DNA of 64,000 bases, from IMG/VR virus record IMGVR_UViG_3300034161_000018, positions 32,001-96,000 of that record. One strand, given 5' to 3'. Shown one piece after another: positions 24,383 through 32,662 of the stretch (positions within the stretch are counted from its first letter, which is position 1; the number at the start of each line of letters is the position of its first letter). The DNA is from a virus. Lineage: Duplodnaviria > Caudoviricetes. Made by a program: the position numbers and the translations under genes. The notes below the pieces were generated by a model. It was not told the DNA's origin. It was given only the letters and a program-made list of their open reading frames with translations, and did no database searches.

Positions 24383-24592
24383 TTACAGGTCGTGTTCCAC
24401 CAACATGCTGGCCTTGTTGGTCAACGGTTCGAGTTTTTCGTCGCCGCCTTCCGCTTGATATTCAGCGAGTGGCAACAATTGGAAAACGTGAACTTCTTTG
24501 GCGTTCTTGTCGTGACCTGCGCCGAGAAATTCAAACCCGGCTTCTGCCAGTTTGTTGTCTTCTTCAATGCTGTAGGAAAACACAAGGTTCAT
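24383..24592 (-). CDS. hypothetical protein
   Basis: Start reset to MNLVFSY (ATGA overlap). Confidence 0.65.
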   Translation of the reverse strand: MNLVFSYSIEEDNKLAEAGFEFLGAGHDKNAKEVHVFQLLPLAEYQAEGGDEKLEPLTNKASMLVEHDL

Positions 24593-25074
24593 TGTGCTTC
24601 CCCTTGCGCGACTTCGGCAATCGTCGGATCGAGCGAAGCCAGTTTCAGTTTGCCGCGTTCGGTTCCGGCAGCCGGAAACCAATTCATCAGCGGGCCGTTT
24701 GCACGCGACTGCATCAGTTCGACATAACCTTTTCCAACTTCGTCTTCGGTGCCGAAAGGAACAAACATCGAATATACCATGATGTGGTGCGGGTCTTTGT
24801 GAACGACTTGATTGTTTGGCAGTGCGTGGCGCAGTTTGCCTTTCACTTTGCACACGCCGATTTGACCAGTCCAGCCGACGTATTCAAACGCGCCTTCGTC
24901 GTTGATTCGCAGAACCACAAAAATGTGATTCAGTTTCAGGCCGGGAATCTGATTGCCTTTGGCATCCCGTTCGCCCGAAGGCATTGCACGGCCACCCGGC
25001 AGCGTTATCCAACGAACGCGACGGCCAGTTTTCTCGCCAGTTACTGTGAGGCGGTTCTTATAACGTTTGCTCAT
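24589..25074 (-). CDS. hypothetical protein
   Basis: Start reset to MSKRYK with AAGGAG RBS. Confidence 0.75.
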   Translation of the reverse strand: MSKRYKNRLTVTGEKTGRRVRWITLPGGRAMPSGERDAKGNQIPGLKLNHIFVVLRINDEGAFEYVGWTGQIGVCKVKGKLRHALPNNQVVHKDPHHIMVYSMFVPFGTEDEVGKGYVELMQSRANGPLMNWFPAAGTERGKLKLASLDPTIAEVAQGEAQ

Positions 25075-25951
25075 TTTGCAGTTCTCCTTTAACGACGAAT
25101 TTGAATTCGACAATCAGTTTGCTGTAGCCACCAACGTGATGCGGCAACACCACAATATCAGGGCCAAACTTTTCAGTGAGTTCCATTGCGCGAGCAACAG
25201 GATCGCCCATGATGATTTCGCTTTCGCCGATTTGCTCAGTGGTCACAATGTCACGCAACAGCGGCCACGTTTCCCCGAAGGAATGGACGTAAAAGGTTTT
25301 CTTGCGCCAGTCCCAAACCATATGGACGTGCATGTTTTGCGTTTTGTAGAAAATGCCGCGACCGAATTCCAGTTGATCGGCGAAGCCTGTACTGCACTTC
25401 TGCCCGAATGGAATCCAGCGGCGGATTTCAAATTCGTGAATGATCCGTTGCGCGTAATGTTCCAGCGCGTACTCGCCAACCATGCGGTCGCTGCCAACAC
25501 GAAACAGCATGTCGTACAAGTCTTGATTGGATTGCAGCGATTTGCGGAACTCATGCAGGAACGTGCCGAGCAAAAGCACTTCTTGCAAATGAATTTCGGT
25601 GCCTGAGATAAACCCACCGGCCAGCAGCGGCCCGAGTCCCGGCGCTCTCCAGAAATGGTTTATGCCGTGGCGGTACAGCTTATCGCGTTCGGCCTGTTTC
25701 AAATAACCGATAGCGAATGGAAAATTGAAATTGTAGTAGCGCGTGTGATACTCAGCCTGCCGCTCGTAATACAGGTCGAGGTATTCGGCAATCATTACTT
25801 TTGCCGCGTCCGGAGAAATAGGATCATCCGGATACGGTTGAACATTTGCAAAGTAATGCACCTTGCCCTTTTCCAGATTCGTGAAGTCGATTTGCTCAAC
25901 CTTGTCGTGCAGATGGATGATTGGGTTTTTCGGTTTCAGGTGTTGGATCAT
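25058..25951 (-). CDS. hypothetical protein
   Basis: Start reset to MIQHLKPK (TAATG overlap with the SLOG stop). Confidence 0.75.
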   Translation of the reverse strand: MIQHLKPKNPIIHLHDKVEQIDFTNLEKGKVHYFANVQPYPDDPISPDAAKVMIAEYLDLYYERQAEYHTRYYNFNFPFAIGYLKQAERDKLYRHGINHFWRAPGLGPLLAGGFISGTEIHLQEVLLLGTFLHEFRKSLQSNQDLYDMLFRVGSDRMVGEYALEHYAQRIIHEFEIRRWIPFGQKCSTGFADQLEFGRGIFYKTQNMHVHMVWDWRKKTFYVHSFGETWPLLRDIVTTEQIGESEIIMGDPVARAMELTEKFGPDIVVLPHHVGGYSKLIVEFKFVVKGELQNEQTL

Positions 25952-26487
25952 TACGCGGCTCTCCTTTCTGCGACGTACTCTTTGATTTCTCGGCGGTGAT
26001 CTTTGCGTTGCAGATTGTAAACCGGTACGCCAAACAGGTCGGCCACGTTTATCGCAATGCCAGTCCCGCCAGTTACGTCGCGGTTGTATTCGGCCATAGT
26101 GGTTGCCCCGTCCGGCGTCCAGCACAGCACGAATTTAGATTTCTTGATTTCCCGTTCGTGACTACAAATGCCTAGAACCTGAAACACGTTGCGACGGAAG
26201 AACATCATCGTTTCGTATTTGTGGATTCGGTACGGGTAAACCTTCTTGAGAATCGAATCAGCAAACTTCAACTGCTCTTTCGAGTATTGCCAAATGCCGG
26301 TGGTGTGATCGTTGAAACCTTCCCACGGTAAAAGCAATTCGATGTTTGGCGAACCTAGAAAGAACGCATGGTCAGAACCGTCAGCTCCCCCGGTGCGGCA
26401 GCGGGAACGCTTTAACGCAGCGAAATTCTTCATTAGGTGAAAAATGTTTGCGGGAACTCTCCTGCTCCCGATCCCTGTCCACGGCAT
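25951..26487 (-). CDS. SLOG-superfamily (DprA/YspA/LOG-like) nucleotide-binding protein
   Basis: TGIGSR, TGGADGSD..F, RRNVFQVLG, VLCWTPDG, GGTG.AI..A...GVPVYNL: the hallmark SLOG motifs; GGAGG RBS. Confidence 0.8.
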   Translation of the reverse strand: MPWTGIGSRRVPANIFHLMKNFAALKRSRCRTGGADGSDHAFFLGSPNIELLLPWEGFNDHTTGIWQYSKEQLKFADSILKKVYPYRIHKYETMMFFRRNVFQVLGICSHEREIKKSKFVLCWTPDGATTMAEYNRDVTGGTGIAINVADLFGVPVYNLQRKDHRREIKEYVAERRAA

Positions 26488-26815
26488 CTTGAACCTCCGC
26501 TGCAAACGCGAGTCCCATCCTGTACGCGTAAAACAAATTGATGTTTATCAATGAGGTGGTCAAATCCGTTGCACGCAGACGGCGCTGCAAACGTTTTTCC
26601 AAACATGCAATACACGCCAGTTGCTTCGGTTCCAGAAACGCATGCGCCCACAATTCATCGTGAACCATGTACGGCTCGACCTGACATTTGCAATCCACAC
26701 AACCACGGAACGAACGGCGGGCGCGGGCCGGAATGGTCAGCGGCAAGTCTTTCACCCGGCGCTTTGCTGCCATTTCCAAAACTTCAATAATGTCATTGAT
26801 TGTTTCGAGGTTCAT
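26381..26815 (-). CDS. putative Zn-finger protein
   Basis: CVDC...YMVHDELW...LACIACLEKRLQRRL..DLT: two CxxC pairs. Confidence 0.7.
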   Translation of the reverse strand: MNLETINDIIEVLEMAAKRRVKDLPLTIPARARRSFRGCVDCKCQVEPYMVHDELWAHAFLEPKQLACIACLEKRLQRRLRATDLTTSLININLFYAYRMGLAFAAEVQDAVDRDREQESSRKHFSPNEEFRCVKAFPLPHRGS

Positions 26816-26887
26816 TTACGCGGCCCTTTATCTGCGCGGAATTCACGCGGGTTGTAGGTATTTGCTTTTGCGTCGAAGGCTTTCAGT

Positions 26888-27466
26888 TCAACCTTCCCGC
26901 CGCGCATTATCGAAAGTGAAGGCTCTGAACACGCTGGCGCTGCTTGAGATTTTCTCAGGGTGTCCGGCTTCGCGTTGCCAGTCTGCGCGGAACTGCCGAA
27001 CATGCTGGACGGCACAGCTTTTAAACGAGACACAAGCCTTTTGAAATTTAACTTGGCTCGACTTAGCCAGCTTGCTCGCACAATCTTCGGTCGAAATGTA
27101 CCGTTGTGTTTTGTAGTCATAACCCACGGCCTTGTAAAAATCCCAAAGCGATTCGTGGCGAATCCAGTTGGGTTCTGGTTGGAGTTTGAGTTTGTATTTC
27201 GCCAGTGATTGATTCAGCAAGCGGAAATCAACATCCCATTCGTCTTTGTCTTTCAGCGCTGTGCGGATGGCCGGATAGACACACGGCTTTTTGGTTTTAC
27301 GCGCTTTCTGAATTGCTTTCCACAGGCTGGTATTTTGCCCGCCGCGAAAAGCGGAGTAACTACGGATCGTGCGGTTGAAATTCGGATCGCCGAAGTTTGG
27401 CAATGGGAAAATGTGATGGTCAGTTGGCACGTTATTGCGCCACACGATTGCTGTGCAGTCAAACAT
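26888..27466 (-). CDS. hypothetical protein with HESLWD.Y.AVGYD.KT motif
   Basis: Start reset to MFDCTA, overlapping the upstream stop; shares a motif with the upstream gene. Confidence 0.7.
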   Translation of the reverse strand: MFDCTAIVWRNNVPTDHHIFPLPNFGDPNFNRTIRSYSAFRGGQNTSLWKAIQKARKTKKPCVYPAIRTALKDKDEWDVDFRLLNQSLAKYKLKLQPEPNWIRHESLWDFYKAVGYDYKTQRYISTEDCASKLAKSSQVKFQKACVSFKSCAVQHVRQFRADWQREAGHPEKISSSASVFRAFTFDNARREG

Positions 27467-27848
27467 TTTCGCGTACCCACTTTTTGGTTTTGTGATCGTA
27501 CCCGACAGCGGTGTACATATCCCAAAGTGATTCGTGTGTGAATGTTGGAACACCCGGAAGCAACGGCTCGTATTCGTGCCCGCTCTTTTCGCAACTGGCT
27601 TTCCAGCGTGCTTCGGTGTCGTCGTGCCACTTTTTCTTTTCAAACGGGCCGAGGTGAAACAGGATTGGCTTACCGTTCACCAGTGCGTCGTAATTACGTT
27701 TTGATTCCCGCTCAGAAAACCACGACATGCTGGTGATTGCCCGGTACGGATTGTGTTTCTCGGTCGGCTCACAAGTGAAAACGTGAATCTCGATAACATC
27801 ATCCCCTTTGAACAGGTACGTGATGTATTCCGGATTTCCTCTAGGCAT
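27459..27848 (-). CDS. hypothetical protein with HESLWD.Y.AVGYD.KT motif
   Basis: 129-aa ORF; C-terminal motif shared with 26888-27466. Confidence 0.75.
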   Translation of the reverse strand: MPRGNPEYITYLFKGDDVIEIHVFTCEPTEKHNPYRAITSMSWFSERESKRNYDALVNGKPILFHLGPFEKKKWHDDTEARWKASCEKSGHEYEPLLPGVPTFTHESLWDMYTAVGYDHKTKKWVRENV

Positions 27849-27861
27849 GTCGCGGTTCCTT

Positions 27862-28686
27862 TTAGCGTTGTGCCGCTTGTTTGTTTTGGTCAGCGACGTA
27901 TGCGCGCAACAAGTTCAGCGACGGGCCTTTCGCAGCTTTGAACATTGCTTGACCGACCGGCGTGTAGAACTTCGCACTTTCCAGAAAACGCGATTGGCTT
28001 TCGACCATTTCGTCCAGCGAAATAGTTTTGTCCAGTTTGTCTTCCAGTTCTTCGCGCAGACCTTCAATAACCGCGATGGTATCGACGTTGGTGCAGGCGT
28101 ACAGCATGTCGGCGTCACGAATGATTTGTTCGCACTGGCCGCGTGGTTCTTTCACGAACGGGAATTCGGTGATGCGGATGCAGTCTTCGGCGATTTGGAA
28201 AATCAAATCGAAGTTTGCCCACGCAATGCCAGTCGGTTCGATCAGCGTGGAGCGGTAGGCTTTCAGACCGGCGATTGCCAGTTCGATGTTTTGCAGATCA
28301 GGAACGTTGGCGGCAGTGTGGTTGAAGTCGTGGAAAACTGCGCCGAGCAAAATGCCCGCTTGTTCTTCATTGCTCAGGAATTCCGAAGGGAAGATTTCCA
28401 AAGCAGTGTGCGCAACGCCTTTGCAATGACCGGTGCTGTGGTAGCCATTGTTTACGCCGGAGTTGAAAGCGTCGAGATATTCCAACGCGCCCGGAAAACC
28501 CATCGAGGTCAACACAGCTTGCAAACGTGCTTCTTGCACGCGGCGCTGCAAAAGAATTGTTTGTGTCAGTGCGTTGATTGGCATGAGGATTTCGTCGTAG
28601 GTGTCAACGAGGCCGTTGGCAGTTTGGATTTTCGATTCCTGCACGCCGTAAACGGCTGCGGTGAAATCGCAGGTTGCTTGTCTCAT
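27862..28686 (-). CDS. HD-domain metal-dependent phosphohydrolase
   Basis: YHSTGH...V...LLGAVFHDFNH...IIRDAD: the H...HD...D signature. Confidence 0.85.
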   Translation of the reverse strand: MRQATCDFTAAVYGVQESKIQTANGLVDTYDEILMPINALTQTILLQRRVQEARLQAVLTSMGFPGALEYLDAFNSGVNNGYHSTGHCKGVAHTALEIFPSEFLSNEEQAGILLGAVFHDFNHTAANVPDLQNIELAIAGLKAYRSTLIEPTGIAWANFDLIFQIAEDCIRITEFPFVKEPRGQCEQIIRDADMLYACTNVDTIAVIEGLREELEDKLDKTISLDEMVESQSRFLESAKFYTPVGQAMFKAAKGPSLNLLRAYVADQNKQAAQR

Positions 28687-29213
28687 TTGTCGTCACTCCC
28701 TTCGTAGAATTTCAAATCGGCCAGATGCGCGTCCGGGCGATACTTTGCCAAATCGGTTGGCGTCATTGCACGAACTTGCGCAAGGATTTTGGTCAGCTTG
28801 CGCTTTCCTTTTCCGTCACGACCAGTTCCCCAGTATTCGTCCCACGATGCGTCTTCAATCAGAACGGCATTGTCGGTATCTTTCAACAAACGAAACAGAA
28901 CCGGGTTTTGTGCAAACTTGTGAGCCACGCCGCGCAGCATGATCTTGTCTTTGTTTTCTTCAAATTCAGGATCAAGTGGGCAGCCGCCTTTCGCACTGCC
29001 GAAATACTTTGCCTTCGACCAGTCAAACGCGTTGATGATCTTGGCGCGGAAGGTTTTGTTTTTGGTCTTGTGTGCCTGAAAGTAATGCTCAGCACTTTTG
29101 AACAGAACTGGCTTACCGCCAAACATCGCAATGAATGGGGCCGGGAACGGATTCGACAGAAACGCGTATTTGATTACGCGACTGGTGAAAAGAATTTCCT
29201 TTGGTTTCTTCAT
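28683..29213 (-). CDS. NADAR (YbiA-like) family protein
   Basis: FLSNPFPAP..F.SAEHYFQAHK...M......KF.QN....L..T....LIED..WD.YWGTG.DGKG...L..IL..VR. Confidence 0.9.
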   Translation of the reverse strand: MKKPKEILFTSRVIKYAFLSNPFPAPFIAMFGGKPVLFKSAEHYFQAHKTKNKTFRAKIINAFDWSKAKYFGSAKGGCPLDPEFEENKDKIMLRGVAHKFAQNPVLFRLLKDTDNAVLIEDASWDEYWGTGRDGKGKRKLTKILAQVRAMTPTDLAKYRPDAHLADLKFYEGSDDK

Positions 29214-29241
29214 TTGGATTCCTAAACCCATGTGACGCTCC

Positions 29242-29280
29242 AAAAGAAATGGGCAGCCTCGGCCACCCATTCTATTTTTC
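29242..29280. terminator. probable bidirectional terminator
   Basis: AAAAG-AAATGGG...CCCATTCT-ATTTTT hairpin between dUTPase and NADAR. Confidence 0.65.
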
Positions 29281-29282
29281 TA

Positions 29283-30134
29283 TCAGTCTACGCGAGCATA
29301 CGCGTCGATAGTTTTGTTGTACTGAACCGCCAGTTCGACAGTGATTTTGTCGTTGTCGATGTTACCGGCCAGCAACATGCCTTCGACAATATCGGTCAGG
29401 TGTTCGGAGTCTTCGCGACCGTCGGCCCAAACTTTCACGTAACGCGCCGGGTTGGCGAGGTAATCGTTTTTGCTGTACGACAGGCCGTGTTCTTTGGCGC
29501 CGTTCGCGGTACGGAAACGATTGAGAACCGATTTGCAAAGATACTCGGTCAGGAATTGTTCGATGGTGAAGTTTGGGAATACCACGAAGAACGCGTTGAA
29601 AAGATTTTCCCACGCGCCACACAGATCGTAAGTCGTGTAGGTGACTTGCGTTCCGATATGGCGACCGTACAGATTGGTTTGCAGGGATTCCAAATACTTC
29701 ACCGCTTGTTCGGCGCGGCCTTGTTCGGTATTCGGGCCTTCACCGCGATCAGCGCTGTGACGATCTTCGGCGTTGGTGAAACCTTGGTTCATTGCGTCGA
29801 GGTGCGTGTAAACCTGATTCGATTGTGCCCAGTAGAACGGCTGGCCGCTGCGCTGTACAACGTGCGTGAACGAAAGCAGGAAGTGCGCAACGTCGATCAG
29901 TTCCATACGGAATTGCGGTTTGTTGAATTCGGTAGTCGCCCACCACTTGTACGGCGTGTAGGAAATTGCTTCGCCGATTTCAACATTGATTGCGCGGCGA
30001 TACGCGAAACCGTGATTGTTTTCCAGAGTTGCGTTGCGCCACTGCACGCCGCCCATCAGATCATTCAGGTCAGCCTGAACATTCAGCATGGAAGTGAAAA
30101 TGACGGAATGGTTTGCGCGAATTGGTTGGTGCAT
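29283..30134 (-). CDS. dimeric (all-alpha) dUTPase
   Basis: Q..LN, VEIGEA....YKWW, ELIDVAHFLLS, K..LNRFR..NG..E..Y.K.W.DGREDSEHL motifs. Confidence 0.85.
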   Translation of the reverse strand: MHQPIRANHSVIFTSMLNVQADLNDLMGGVQWRNATLENNHGFAYRRAINVEIGEAISYTPYKWWATTEFNKPQFRMELIDVAHFLLSFTHVVQRSGQPFYWAQSNQVYTHLDAMNQGFTNAEDRHSADRGEGPNTEQGRAEQAVKYLESLQTNLYGRHIGTQVTYTTYDLCGAWENLFNAFFVVFPNFTIEQFLTEYLCKSVLNRFRTANGAKEHGLSYSKNDYLANPARYVKVWADGREDSEHLTDIVEGMLLAGNIDNDKITVELAVQYNKTIDAYARVD

Positions 30135-30171
30135 GGTTGCCTCGGTTGAGTGTGGTGTTCGTGATTAAAGT

Positions 30172-30357
30172 TTACAGTTTTCCTTCGCGCAGCTTCTTGG
30201 CTACGCTCGGACGGATGCGGGGTTTGCGGCTCAGGAATTGCGGGGCTTTGCGGCAGTCGATTCGGGCCTGTTGCTGTTCAAAGCTCCCCGGCGAAAAGGT
30301 GGACTTGCCGCCGTGGATTGTGTCGGTGACGATTTCGATTCCGTTGTCTTTGCTCAT
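30172..30357 (-). CDS. small basic hypothetical protein
   Basis: 61-aa ORF. Confidence 0.6.
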   Translation of the reverse strand: MSKDNGIEIVTDTIHGGKSTFSPGSFEQQQARIDCRKAPQFLSRKPRIRPSVAKKLREGKL

Positions 30358-30377
30358 TTTATTGCGTTCCAGAAATG

Positions 30378-30418
30378 AAAAAACCGTACTTACCCTTTAC
30401 AGTTTTGGGTAAGCACGG
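30378..30418 (-). terminator. Rho-independent terminator
   Basis: CCGT-CTTACCC...GGGTAAG-ACGG stem followed by a T6 run on minus. Confidence 0.75.
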
Positions 30419-30424
30419 CTTGGT

Positions 30425-31348
30425 TTACGCTGGTGGTGTCGGCTCGACGTATTCGGTCACGTCGGCCATTACTTCAACTTCCAGTTCGGTTCCAGCTTTC
30501 CATTTCGGAGTAGCTTTCAGCGCCAGCACGAAAGTGCCGAACGGCGAACCGGCTTCGTTGTACTCGGCGTTTTGGATATACGGTTTGATGAAACCGAAAT
30601 CGTAACGCTGAATCATTTGCACAGCGGTTTTGTCTGCCGACATTGCAGCGTCAGCGATTACAACGTGGCCGGAAACCGCGTTGCTCCAAATGTACCGCTG
30701 GCGCTTGTCGTCGAAGATCAACGCCCAACGGATTGGGTCGGTCGCGCCGGTTGGGTCAACGTCCAGCAACAGTTCGACGTTGTAGAGTTCGCAAACATTT
30801 TTCACGTCGGCATTCAGCGAGCCAACGGTAACGGCGAATGTCCAAAGTTCGGTTGGTTTGAGCGCAATGTCGTAAGTGCCGCCCGCACCGTAATTGGTTG
30901 CGTCGTTGCGTTTGCGAATCGCGATACCCATTTCGATGTTGGCGTTTTTGGTCAACGTGAAATCGTCAACCGGATTGCCCACACCGCTCAGCATGTATTT
31001 CTTGCCGCCGCTTTCAATTGCGAAAACGGTTTCCGTTGCAGGCGTGCCAGCCGGATAGGTCAGGGCCGCGACGAAATCAGGAACAGAAGGATGGCGCACA
31101 ACCAGAATGCCGCCGAGATAAAGCGAAAGATAACGGCCTTCGCGGTCGGTGACGATGTTGTCGATAATCAGCGTATCCGACTGCCCGTAGTATTTCGATA
31201 CGGTAGTGGTGAACGCTCCCGAATCTTGCAATTCCTGCATTTCAGCAGGCGTCAAAACAATCCGACGCACTTCGTTTGGGTGATCGCCAGCGGCAGCAAT
31301 CGCGGCAACCAATTGGTCAACCACGCCACCGTAGTTTTGTACATCCAT
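30425..31348 (-). CDS. hypothetical protein, possibly virion-associated (beta-rich)
   Basis: 307-aa ORF, GAGGA RBS, own terminator. Confidence 0.75.
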   Translation of the reverse strand: MDVQNYGGVVDQLVAAIAAAGDHPNEVRRIVLTPAEMQELQDSGAFTTTVSKYYGQSDTLIIDNIVTDREGRYLSLYLGGILVVRHPSVPDFVAALTYPAGTPATETVFAIESGGKKYMLSGVGNPVDDFTLTKNANIEMGIAIRKRNDATNYGAGGTYDIALKPTELWTFAVTVGSLNADVKNVCELYNVELLLDVDPTGATDPIRWALIFDDKRQRYIWSNAVSGHVVIADAAMSADKTAVQMIQRYDFGFIKPYIQNAEYNEAGSPFGTFVLALKATPKWKAGTELEVEVMADVTEYVEPTPPA

Positions 31349-31359
31349 TGGAAATCCTC

Positions 31360-31542
31360 TTACTTAATCGAGTCAGTGGTTTTGAAAATATCCCACTTGC
31401 GACCGAAAGCCCAAACGTAGACGACGAAATGAGTTGTGTATGAACCCGGATCGCGGCTCAAATAATACCAAAAGCATTTCGACTTGATTAGCGTGCGTGC
31501 CAGCCAAAGCTTGAGCTTCGCGGTTCCGGGTCTTTTAATCAT
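31360..31542 (-). CDS. small hypothetical protein
   Basis: 60-aa ORF, ATGA overlap. Confidence 0.6.
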   Translation of the reverse strand: MIKRPGTAKLKLWLARTLIKSKCFWYYLSRDPGSYTTHFVVYVWAFGRKWDIFKTTDSIK

Positions 31543-32285
31543 TGCGGCGAATGCGCTCTCAGGTCAGGGATAAGGTTTGGTTTTTGTTGAATGACGATTG
31601 GCATTGCTTCCGGTGTCAAACGCACAACGACTTCGCGCTGTTGTGGAAACCAACCAACGATTGGTTCTTGCTTGCCGAACAGGCCGGACGCATTAACAAT
31701 CGAAGTGGCGAAAGCATCGCAAAAGAAATCGCTCATGTGCGTGAAGGTCGGAATCAGTTTTGCAACACGATCCAAACCACGCTCGTTTACCGACAGATCG
31801 GTCAGGTACTTGGCCTGTTCCATAACCGTCAGTTCGCGCAAAACTTTGTTGTGGTACGGCTCACACGGAATCCGATGGGAATCAAATTCTGCAAGCGATT
31901 TGGAACCGGGATACGGCACGTCGTAATAGACGGCACCAATTTTCTCGTCGATGATTACGGGCGCGCACAAATCACACGGCTGCGCAGTCACATACATTTC
32001 GGCGCCGGTCAGATCAACGCCTTGTTCTTTCGCGTAATTGATTGCGTCGATTTCAGCATGGACGCAATCGCACAAATGCAAACCTTGGCCGGATGGAATG
32101 CCGTAAATCAAACGCTCGCAGATTTCTGGATGTTTGACTTTTGAAACCACACCGTTGAAACCGGATGCGACTTGCCGGTTATCTTTGGTGATGATGCAAC
32201 CGACTTTACGGCCCGAGGCGCACGTTACCTGATTGGCATACGTGTGTGCCAAGTCCATGAAAAACTTCGGCCAAAGTTTACGCAT
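31539..32285 (-). CDS. dCMP deaminase with a C-terminal extension
   Basis: KVGCII..D.R.VASGFNG, CVHAEIDAI, LTGAEMYVT.QPC.LC Zn motifs. Confidence 0.9.
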   Translation of the reverse strand: MRKLWPKFFMDLAHTYANQVTCASGRKVGCIITKDNRQVASGFNGVVSKVKHPEICERLIYGIPSGQGLHLCDCVHAEIDAINYAKEQGVDLTGAEMYVTAQPCDLCAPVIIDEKIGAVYYDVPYPGSKSLAEFDSHRIPCEPYHNKVLRELTVMEQAKYLTDLSVNERGLDRVAKLIPTFTHMSDFFCDAFATSIVNASGLFGKQEPIVGWFPQQREVVVRLTPEAMPIVIQQKPNLIPDLRAHSPQ

Positions 32286-32331
32286 TTGTTTTCTCCAACA
32301 GAGCGCGTTCTATAATGCGCGCCCTATTCTG

Positions 32332-32622
32332 TTATCGGGATTTGGTTGTGGAAACGATCACGCCTTCGGCCAACAAACGAGAATGGAACAACGAAACATC
32401 GTTGGTCTGGCCTTCAACATTAATGCAAGACATACCTTCGACTTGCTCAATGTCAATGTCCACGCAGAGTTCATCACGCGCCGTATTGATTGCGGCAATG
32501 AGTTTTTCTGCGGCATTCTCCCAAAGGTCAATATAGATTTCGAGGCGGGCGGGGCTTGCGGGCGGTTGTCCACAACGATTTATTCGTTGCCCCATTCCAA
32601 CATCAATTTCCTGTGAGTGCAT
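32332..32622 (-). CDS. hypothetical protein
   Basis: 96-aa ORF. Confidence 0.6.
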   Translation of the reverse strand: MHSQEIDVGMGQRINRCGQPPASPARLEIYIDLWENAAEKLIAAINTARDELCVDIDIEQVEGMSCINVEGQTNDVSLFHSRLLAEGVIVSTTKSR

Positions 32623-32662
32623 TTAAGTTTTCTTCCTTTGCTATCAGAGGTAGGTTTACAGT

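Noticed and set aside
25058-25951. LHEF as a zinc metalloprotease motif
   Set aside because: The second His of HExxH is missing (LHEFRK).
26812-27120. 102-aa ORF as a full independent gene
   Set aside because: It overlaps ~230 bp of the motif-bearing frame and has no clear RBS; kept only as an ambiguity finding.
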